Shown here piece after piece: positions 54,046-64,000 of a stretch of 64,000 nucleotides of DNA. Position numbers and translations under genes: made by a program. Numbering within the stretch: the first letter of the stretch is position 1; each line of letters begins with the position of its first letter. The notes beneath the pieces are model-generated. The model was given only the letters and a program-made list of their open reading frames with translations. It searched no databases and had not been told where the DNA came from. Origin of the DNA: Chiloscyllium plagiosum (taxonomy: Eukaryota); the NCBI RefSeq assembly GCF_004010195.1, contig NC_057722.1, positions 27,944,094 to 28,008,093 of the forward strand. Direction: 5' to 3'.

Positions 54046-54959
54046 TTTTGTTCTTCGATTTTATTTTGAATTTTAAAAATCCTGATATTTGTATGGAGTG
54101 TTTTAAGTTTTTTTTTTCAACTGTCATCTGATAAACATCTAAGTATGTGAGTTCCTGAAGCTGGATTGAATATCTCAATTGGTTAAAGATTTGAAAGTAT
54201 ATGCTGTTTTCTAGGATACTCCAGAGCAAATCGTTTTGACAATAGGATTCCATTTCCAGGTTAGTAAAATTGAAAGTGTACTCACATAGAATAATATTTT
54301 ATATTCATATAGTAACATTGTTAATATTCTATATGTTTTCAGTTACCTTTATATGTATTTTCTTCTAAAATTCATGACACAGTAATGTTGTCTTTTTATA
54401 TGTCCTCATATTGTCATCAGATTTTATTTGGCATCACTTTCTTGCCATGCATTTGGGCAGGTGATTCTGCAACAAAAATGTGTTATATAATTCCATTTCA
54501 GAATAGGGAATATCTGTGTAATTCTTTGTTGTAGAAACACTTTATTTTCTTCCAATTGGTGTTATGTCCCTTACATCGATTTTTCTTAGCTGCAAAAAGC
54601 AATTTTTCCAAAATGTGGTAGTAGTCCATCAATTTAGTTTTTCGCTTCCTGTTTTTATATCATCTGTCAGTTTTAGGTCTGATGGCAGGAGGGAAATAGC
54701 CTACATCCTTATTCTCCTGGTGCGTGATTTTGAAGTTGCAGGTGAAACATTTAAAATAAATTCCTAGGATGTTGAAGTCTCTGGCAAGGACAGCATTTGT
54801 TGTCTACCACTAGTTGTCTTAAGAGCTTGTTGGTACAAGTCAGTGGCTTGTTCAATGGCAAGCTCCAGAGCAGCTTCCCCTAAAAAACCATTCTATACAT
54901 CCATTCAAAGTATTAGTTTTGGAAATATTCAGGACTGCTTCCAACTGATTTACATCTTT

Positions 54960-56760
54960 CCTTAAATAAGAATACTAACACCATACACAGTACCACAGGA
55001 TGTAGATTCTCAAATAGCGAGTGTAACTGAAGCATAACTTTCACTCTTGTATTGAAATCCTCCAGCAAATAATTATAACATTTTAATGCATTCCTAATTA
55101 CTTGCTATACCTGTATACCTACCTTCTGTGATTAATGCTGGAGGCAATCCAGATCACTTGCATTTCAGAGCTCTGCAATCTCACTTTTAAATGATTTGCT
55201 TCTTTTTCATTCTTCCTGACAAATGGACAATTTCATATTTCCTGCATCATACTCTACTTGCCAAATCTTGGTCCACTCATTAACCTATCTGCATTTTTCT
55301 TTTCAGCCTTGTCACAACTTACTTTCCTAACTATCTTTGTGTTATCATCAAATTTAACAAGCTTCAGCCTATAAGTGCAAGTCATTGATTTGAATTGTAC
55401 AAAGTTGAGACCCGAACACCAATCATTGTGGTATACTCGTGCCAACCAGAAAATGGCCCATTTATGCTTACTATTTCTTGTTAGCTAACCAATCTAACAA
55501 TCTATCCATGCCAATATGTTACCCTCTACATTAGGGTCTTACTTTCCACAATAGCCTGTGATATGGCATCTTACTGCCATCTGGAAATCTAAGTACAGTA
55601 CACCAACTGATTTCCCCTTTATCCACAGCACATATTATTTCCTTAAAGAACTCCAATCAATTTGTTAAACATGATTTCCTTTTTGCAAAACCATGTTGAC
55701 TTTGCCCAAGTACTTTGGACTTTATTGAATAACCTATCATAATGTATTTATTAATGGCTATCAAATCTTTCCCATGACTCATGAACCTTCCCTGAACCTA
55801 GGGAATTTTGGACTGAAAGACAACTCATCAACTATCCCAATAGCTGTTTCTTTTAAGACTTATCAGCACCTGTGAATGTCTCGGTATACATCTCCAATAA
55901 TTTGCTCAGGACCACTTCCCCGATAATTCTAATTTTCTTGAAATAGGTGGGAGATAGGAATTCATGTTCTGTATCTCCTCTATAGTTCAGATGCAAAATA
56001 CCTGTTCATCTGCTGTATTCTTGTTTTCCACAGTTCATTCTCCACCCCAGATTCACTTTCTGTAGGACAACTAACTTTGTTAAATTTTCTTTTTTACATA
56101 TTTGTAGAAATTCTATCTTTTTATATTTATAGCTAGCTTTATCACGTATTGTATTTTTCCTTCTAATTAATTTAAACATAATTGTTTGCTTTTTTGTCTG
56201 ACCTTTTTGACGAACCACAGATTTTTGTGTAATTTCCAGAGAATGATACAGTACAGAAGAGGCCTGTCAGTTCCTGTGCAGCCCTGATCAAATGGCCTAA
56301 ACTGCAGGCAATACTGCCTTTTGTCTCTCACTCTTTGCTACAGAGAACAGTATAATTCCTCTGCATTTATTGTTCCCTCCTTACCAAAGCATTTGTTTTT
56401 GCTCTCCCAGCTTGAACGTTTTTATATCCATGACGCCTTGGACAGTTAATTCATCCACTTTGAAGCCCTTATTCTCATCCGTGCAAGCTGAAAGAGTCTC
56501 AACCGATTGGACAATTGCAATAGATGCTCCTTCCCTTAGGGTTCCCTTACCTGCCCCACTTACAGTCACAGCTTCCTTTCCCTGACCAGTGACCAAATCA
56601 GAATACTATGTCCCAGGGAATGTGATCACCCCATGGAATAAAGTGGTCCAGGTAACTCTTACCATTCTGATATGTTGCAGTGTCTGGAAGTTTTGAGCCA
56701 AAACTGTTTGATCTGCGAATACTGCAGCCAATGGCTTCAAGTGCTACAACATTCTGCAGT
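54960..56760 (-). mobile_element. Old CR1 LINE, heavily decayed
   Basis: KFDDNTKIVRKVSC (ORF 55254-55445); parallels 52100-53500. Confidence 0.65.
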
Positions 56761-56839
56761 CGCAACACACTACCTGTCCTACCATCTTTATTATGTGATT
56801 AATTGATCAATCAATCATAAAATGATTTTAATGTTTTTG

Positions 56840-58155
56840 GACACAGTCCTACAGCATGGAAACAGACCCATCAGACCAACCAGCCCAATCCCCAACTAAA
56901 CTAGTCCCATCTGTCTGCTCCTGGCCCATATCCCTTCAAACCTTTCCTATTCATGTACTCATCCCAATGTCTTTTAAACATTATAATTATACCCACATCC
57001 ACCACTTCCTCAGGAGGTTCATTCCATACGTGAATCACCTGTATAAAAAATTTGCCCCACATGTCTTTTTAAATCTCTCTCCTCTCTTCTTAAAATGTCT
57101 TGTCTTGAAATTTCCCATGGGAGGAAAACTGATTTATACCCCGCATTCTTTTATAACTTCAATAAAGTTGCCTCTCCACCTCCCATGCTTCAGTGAAAAA
57201 ATGTTCTAGCCTATCCAGTCTTTTTTTATTATAACTCAATCTTCCACACCTGGCAACATCCTGGTAAATCTCTTCTGAACCCTCTCCAGCTTGATAATAT
57301 CCATCTTATAAATGGGTGACAAAAATGGACACAATATTCCAGAAGAGGCCTCACCGAAATCCTGTACAACCTCAACATGACTTCCCAACTCCTATACTTA
57401 AAGGATTGAGCAATGAAGGCAAGCGTGCTAAATGCCTTTTAACCACCCTGTCTATATGTGATGCAAACATTAACGAATTATGTTTCTGAACCCCTATGTC
57501 CCTCTGTTCTACAACACTAACCAAATGCCAACCTCTAATTGTATAAGCCCTACCCTTTGTTTGTTGTACCAATATGCAATACTTTGCATTTATCCAGATT
57601 GAACTCCATCTGCCATTTGTAAGCCCATTGACCCATTGATCAAGATCCCTTTGTACTCTTAGAAAACCTTCCTTACTGTCTACTGTGCCAACAATGTTGG
57701 TGTCATTTGCAAACTTACTAACCGTGCCTTCTATATTCTCATCCAAATCATTTATATAAATGACAAACAAAAGAGGACCCAGAACTGATCAGTGTGTATC
57801 ACCTCTGGTAGCAAGCGTCCAGTCCAAAAAGCAACTCTCCACCACCATTCTGTCTCCTGCTCTTAAGCCAATTATGTATCCAATCGGCAAGCTCACCGTG
57901 AATTCCATGTACCTAACTTTACTAATTAGTCTATCACGTGGAACCTTGTTGAAGGGCTTTGCTAAGGTGCAAAAGTAAACGTCTTCTGCTCTGCCCTCCT
58001 CAATCTTTTTGGTAACTTCCTTAAAACAACTTTCATCAAGTTTGTGGGACACAACTTTCCTTGCACAAAACTGTGCTGACTGTTTTGCCTTTTTTTTTGC
58101 CTCTTTAAATGTCCATAAATCCCATCTATTAAAATCACCTCCAACAATTTACATG
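56840..58155 (-). mobile_element. CR1 LINE RT plus 3' tail
   Basis: FVIYINDLDENIEGTVSKFANDT, KPFNKVPRDRL. Confidence 0.87.
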
Positions 58156-58879
58156 TTATGATTAGGACAGGTTGGACTTGAAAATGAACCTTCTGGCCCA
58201 GAGTTAGGACCCTACCACTACACCAGGAGACCCTTATGAATTGAGAATGATTTATCATTAACTATTATTTAAATTGAAGTCTCTATTTCCTAGCACTTGC
58301 GGTGCTAACTGAAACCTTAGCACCAAAAACACTTTATCACTTAAGAATAAGATAAATTCTGAAATTGCTAGTTTTTTGCTTCCTTTCTCCCTTCTTCTAA
58401 AGTCCCAGGGTATTCCAGATGCTGCTGACACCCTGTCTTGGGTCCTCCACTTGCTTGTTCACCTGAGAGCTACTACTCATCCACCTCTCTAGATACAGCT
58501 GCTTAATTGTCTGAGTACTTCAGTTGCCATCTCCTTGTGGTGCTGCCAACTGTCTTGTGGCCACTTTTATTGACTTTGAGTATGGCTAAATTCTTGTGAA
58601 CTTGATTTGCGCCCTAATGAGATAGATGTTACATTTTTAAAACGCTTGGCATAGAAATGTGATAAGCTGGAGCTGGAGGCAACCATTGGAGGAAATTGAT
58701 ATAAAAGTAAATGACTTAGGGTAAGAAGAAAAGGAAGCTTGATTCTGTACTGCACTCCTGTGATGAACAGTTGTCAATAAAACTGCATGGCAATTTAAAA
58801 AAAAATTCTTTGTGACTGATGAGGCAATACAGAGGCACCGCTACCACTAACTGAATGGGTGATAATTAGAGGACACTAA

Positions 58880-59080
58880 TCGTAGTTCTGGATATGTTCG
58901 CTGAGCTGGGAAGTTGATTTGCAGGCGTTTAGTCCCCTGTCAAGGTGATATTTTCAGTGCCTCCTGTGAAGGGCTGCTGTACTGTGTCTTCTAGAATTAA
59001 TTTGGTTCTGTTCCTGCTGCCTCCAGTTACGGTTCTGGTTGTTCGTTGTAGTAGCCGGTATACGCAAACCTAGGACACCA
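58880..59080 (-). mobile_element. Penelope-type remnant (fourth family) with decayed hammerhead
   Basis: Minus strand GCA-CTGAAAA-TATCACCTTGACAGGGGAC-TAAA-C-GCC-TGC at ~58921-58960 keeps the hammerhead layout but with mutated boxes. Confidence 0.4.
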
Positions 59081-59196
59081 ATGTGATTAATAATGATCTG
59101 GATTGCATAGCTGGAAAGTGCTGTGAAAGCAACTTCAATCATAACTTTCAAAAGGGAAGTAGATTTAAATTTTTACCAATTCCCTGCTCTTTACTG

Positions 59197-59502
59197 ATCA
59201 TACAACATAAAGGGAGGTCATACATCCATCTCACCTGTGTCAAATCATTGATAGATTTCAATTTTTACCAATTCCCTGCTCTTTACTGATAATCCTGAAA
59301 TTTTCTTTCCTTGGAAGTTCAGAGGAACCTCAATTATCCGAATATCAATTATCTCGTTCGGATAATTGAGGCTCCCCTGTACTTCCAAGGAAAGAAATTT
59401 TCAGGATTATCAGTAAAGAGCAGGGAATTGGTAAAAATTGAAATCTATGAATGATTTGACACAGGTGAGATGGATGTATGACCTCCCTTTATGTTGTATG
59501 AT
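59197..59502. repeat. 306-bp palindrome (146-bp arms, 14-nt spacer) centred on a MITE-like core 59320-59379
   Basis: 59197-59342 is the reverse complement of 59357-59502 with about five mismatches. Confidence 0.93.
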
Positions 59503-62094
59503 TCTGTGATTAGTATTTGAATCGATGTTCCCTTATGAATTTTAAGTAAAACACACTATTCACAAGGAACTAATTTGTTCCCAAGACTTTTATTCACAAG
59601 TAAAATAATTCCAATGATGCGCTTATTCAAGTATTTCTTAGATGTTAAAATTTGTGGAAAAACAGTGATATGTGATCATCACAATTTCTGAATATTTTCT
59701 CATATATGATATCTTTTGAACTTGCACCTAAATCACCCAGAATCCAAAATTACATAGCTGGCATTGTTACTTGTGAGTAAAAGTCCTCCAATGAATTAGT
59801 TTACTGTGAATTGTGTTTTTTTTTAAGCATTCTGATGAGGGAACATACCTCCTTGGATGGGGTGAAAGAGTGAATACTTAGAATCATAAGTTCTTACTGT
59901 AGACGAATGCCCAACATGTCTGTGTCAGCTCAATGATATTTATTCAAGTAACCCCACTTCCCAGCTCTACACTAAATTCTGTAATTTCCACACCTTGATG
60001 TGTATATCCAATTCCCTTTGAAAGTTATGATCAAATGTATTCTCAGGCAGTGCAGTTCAGATCTCAATAACTCAGATCTGTGTAATCAAAGCTTTTCATC
60101 TTGCACTCAACTGTACAAATGGCAAATTTCAAATAATCGCAACAATTTTTATGACAGGAGGCAAAAAAGTACTGATTGATGAACAAGTCAACTATGATTG
60201 GCTAAGGCCAGTAAACCTAGAAGCTTGGGGAGGATTTCAATCCCTGTTGTGGTCCTCAAAGCATTATATTAGCCAATCAAAATTGATTTGTCAACCAAAC
60301 AGCAACCTTGTCTCCTGTCAGATACATTGCTATGCTTGTTTGAAATTTAGCATTCTTGCATTTGTTCTGATCACTGCAAGATGAAAAGTTTTAGCAACAT
60401 ATTTCTCATTGTTAAAATATTCAAGATTGATATTACGAAGTGACCCAAATTTGTGAACTGCAAATATTACTCCAGTGAGTGAGATCACTTTCTCTTCATT
60501 TGTTCTATAATATTTCTTCCCCATGAAGTTTCTCTCTACCCTTATCTGCTACCAGGCAAACAAATCCAGCTTCTCTTGTCCATTCCTTAAAATTGATGTG
60601 TCTCATTTCTGATATCAATCATATAATTCTGTGTGCATTCTCCAAGGCCTTGACATCCTTACTAATGTGTGATGCCTAAAATTAAACACAGTACTTCAGC
60701 AGAGGCCTATGTAGTGATGTTTAAATGCTTAGCATAATCTCTGTCAACTCCATATTCCTCTGGAGGTGCTCCCTTTCAAAATATCTCAGGCACTGTGCAT
60801 TGGTATTTTTCATATAGCTGTTCATTTTCCATGTGAAGACTTTAAATTAATGGAAAAATAAACAGACAGACAAGATGGTCATAGTCTTTTTCTTTATAAA
60901 GTGCTTTAGATTACTTATTGCAAAAGCAAAAACTCTTTACAGGTAAATTCCATGCGAAAAACAATAATTACTTTGCAGTTTTATTCTATCCCAGAATTTA
61001 GTTTTGACATTCCTTGACCATTTTTCTGTGAACAGGCTACCCTGCAGAGTCTTGTGTATGAGCAGATCCATTGTGACATCCAGTGTACATTTTCTGCTGA
61101 ACTGATCCATTTGCTGGAAGATATAGCATTCTTTCTGAAAAATGAAAATGAGGTGGATTTATTTTAATTTGCTTGTGGGATTTGGCGAGTGATGACCAAT
61201 AAGAAAGCAGCTAAAGATGCCCGAAACAAGGCAAAAAAAACCCCTTAATGGAATCCTGGGTAGATTTCATTGAAGTATAGCTCACCTCCTGCTTCGTTCA
61301 GCTGTTGTGTACTGAGCTTTTAAATTAAGCCAAAAGGACCATCATGGCAGCGATAAAATAGTATGCGATGTGGGAGAAATAAAGGAAAAAATACATTGAG
61401 CAGTTGAACAAATTGCTGAAGGTTGACTATAGTGGGACTGCATCTCCCCTTTCAACTAAGCTTTGTAAAACTTTCTGCACTTTGTTTTATCCAGGCAAAA
61501 TACATTGATTGAGGTAAACAGATTTAAAAATATTTAGATATAATTATGAAATGAACTGGAATAGTGCTGGTGTACATTGATCTCTTTAATTCACTCACTA
61601 GATATAAAGGGTTAAAATGAACATTACTCACAGAATTGTTTTAACAGCTTATTTTTGTTGCAGCAGTTCATGAATTTGTCTGAAAAAGTAGGTCTCCAGG
61701 AGTGACCAAGACATTCTGTTCAGTGATTCTATGGATGTTTTCCCAAAATATTTGATTCATGTCCTTTGGAATTCAACAAAGTTATTTAAATTGACATGAA
61801 ATAGATACGAATTTATTAATCAGACAGCTATTTTCAAATTGATGAGTTTATCTGGAACCTTGAAGTGAGTTAGTTAAATCAAATATTATGTTGTTGAGAA
61901 AAAGGACTCTACATATGTAAATTAATTCTATGTAGCTGTAGAGCGAAATTGTAAACTATTTTTGATTTTCTACTGTAAAAAGAAATTATTGTTTAAAAAA
62001 AGTCACTGCTGTGGCACTTATGAAAGTACTGTGACTCCATATTCTCTACAAAACTACATAGTAATTCGTTTTCATATGCAGAGGTCCTTTAAGA

Positions 62095-63190
62095 GACTGG
62101 CTAGCATGGTTAGATCTCATGGAATACAGGACGAACTAGCCATTTGGATACAGAACTGGCTTGAGAGTAGAAGACAGAAGGTGATGGCCTGGGACCAGTG
62201 GAGTGCCACAAGGATCGTTACTGGGTCCTCTACTTTTCATTATTTATATAAATTATTTGGATATGAAGATAGGAGATATAGTTAGTAAGTTTGCAGATGA
62301 CACCATAATTGGAGGTATAGTGGACAGCGCAGAAGGTTATCTTGGGTTACAACAGGTTCTTGATCAGATGGGTAAGTGGGCTGAGGAGTGGCAGATGGAG
62401 TTTAATTTAGATAAATGTGAGGTGCTGCATTTTGGGAAAGCAAATCTTAGCAGGATTTATTAACTTAATGGTAAGGTCCTAGAGAGTGCTGCTGAACAAA
62501 GAGCCCTTGGCGTGCAGGTTCATAGTTCCTTGAAAGTAGAGTCGCAGATAGATAGGATAGTGAAGAAGGTGTTTGGTATGCTTTCCTTTATTGGTCAGAG
62601 TATTGAGTCCAGGAGTTGGCAGGTCATGTTGTGGCTGTACTGGATGTTGGTTAGGCCACTTTTGGAATATTGCGTGCATTTCCAGTCTCCTTCCTATCAG
62701 AAGGATGTTACGAAACTTGAAAGGGTTCAGAAAAGATTTACAAGGATGTTGCCAGCATTGGATGAGCTATGGGGAGAGGTTGAATAGGTGGGGTCAGTTT
62801 TTCCTGGAATGCGAAGGCTGAGGGGTGATTTCATAGAGGTTTGTAAAATCACGAGGGGCATGGACAGGGTAAATAGACAAAGACATTTCCCAGGGGTGGG
62901 GGAGTCCAAAACTAGAGGGCAAAGGTTTAGGGTGAGAGGGGAAAGATATAAAAGAGATCTAAGGGGCAACTTTTTCACACAGATGGAATGAGCTGCCAGA
63001 GGAAGTGGTGGAGGCTGGTACAATTGCATTATTCAAAAGGCATCAGGATGGGTATATGAATAGGAAGGGTTTAGAGGGATATGGGTCAAGTGCTGGCAAA
63101 TGGGACAAGATTAGGTTGGGATATCTGGTCGGCATGGATGTGTTTGACCAAACGGTCTGTTTCTGTGCTGTACATCTCTGACTCTGTGAT
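62095..63190 (+). mobile_element. CR1 LINE RT plus 3' tail
   Basis: PQGSLLGPLLFIIYIN..KFADDT..; LVRPLLEYC; RRLRGDFIEV. Confidence 0.9.
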
Positions 63191-63797
63191 TGGTTGCCAA
63201 ATAGCTGAGCAACTTGGAGGAGTATGAATGTTTAGGTCAGAAGTAATTTGATCTCTGGAACGGAAGAAGCTGTATTTGTTGTGCAATTAAAAAGCATCTC
63301 AGGTGGAGATCAAAGTTGAAACTTTATTGCTGGAACAGCACAGCAGGTCAGGCAGCATCCAGGGAACAGGAGATTCGACGTTTCGGGCACAGGCCCCTCT
63401 TCAGGACTGAGCAGAGAGTGTTCAGCAGGAGAAGATAAAAGGTAGGGAGGAGGGACTTGGGGGAGGGGCGTTGGAAATGTGATAGGTGGAAAGAGGTCAA
63501 GGTGAAGGTGATAGGTCGGAGTAGGGTGGAGGCGGAGAGGTCAAGAAGAAGACTGCAGGTCAGGAAGGCGGTGCCGGGCTGGAGGGCTGGCAAATGGGAC
63601 GAGATTAGGTTGGGATATCTGGTCGGCATGGATGTGTTTGACCAAACGGTCTGTTTCTGTGCTGTACATCTCTGACTCTGTGATTGGTTGCCAAATAGCT
63701 GAGCAACTTGGAGGAGTATGAATGTTTAGGTCAGAAGTAATTTGATCTCTGGAACGGAAGAAGCTGTATTTGTTGTGCAATTAAAAAGCATCTCAGG
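63092..63797 (+). repeat. 212-bp direct repeat (63092-63303, 63586-63797) flanking a Penelope fragment
   Basis: Copies differ at one visible position (GGGACAAG / GGGACGAG). Confidence 0.92.
63304..63585 (-). mobile_element. Penelope pseudo-LTR fragment with intact hammerhead core (63404-63377)
   Basis: Similar to 22740-23030; minus strand CTGAAGA-G-GGGC/CTGT/GCCC-GAAA-C-GTC. Confidence 0.82.
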
Positions 63798-64000
63798 CCT
63801 GAAGAAAGCTAGTTTAATTGCCCACATCAATTAATAAGTCACTGTGGCCACTGTATTAAGATCTGCACAATGAATGAGCAATGCATGCACCTGGGAGCCC
63901 AAGACGAGCATTACCCATCAGCTGATGAGTGGCCCTCTTCAAGTGTGGAATTTCAAGCCATAGGTCATCTCAGTATTCAGCAAAGTTACTCATCTATCAT

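Noticed and set aside
61189-61317. C/D snoRNA candidate (GTGATGA...CTGA)
   Set aside because: No terminal stem and no recognisable guide; such boxes occur by chance.
48803-64000. RSRC1 coding exons
   Set aside because: No Arg/Ser-rich reading frame seen; only synteny suggests the gene.
1-64000. CRISPR array or prokaryotic-type system
   Set aside because: No regularly spaced repeat-spacer structure; the DNA is intron-containing vertebrate sequence.

Overview
Vertebrate genomic DNA, almost certainly a cartilaginous fish (shark-type V-domain and Deu-domain SINEs, abundant CR1 LINEs). The only host gene I can support is a complete minus-strand SHOX2 homeobox gene: five coding exons (45827-45581, 43357-43149, 40954-40897, 40481-40393, 37857-37579; 882 nt, 293 aa). 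It has a GC-AG intron 4 and two in-frame acceptors in the last exon, and sits in a CpG-retaining, repeat-poor domain (~34.8-48.3 kb) that ends at a 500-N gap. The flanks are mostly decayed mobile DNA: CR1, Rex1/Babar, RTE, L2, SINEs, a Harbinger-like element and a possible solo LTR. The most notable non-coding signals are: (1) about a dozen short Penelope-like insertions from several families, many carrying minimal hammerhead-ribozyme cores (three intact), often as inverted pairs and with 10-17 bp target duplications; (2) a 306-bp near-perfect palindrome built around a 60-bp MITE-like core; (3) a 212-bp direct duplication flanking a Penelope fragment. Repeat boundaries are approximate and family names come from recognising motifs by eye, not from database searches.
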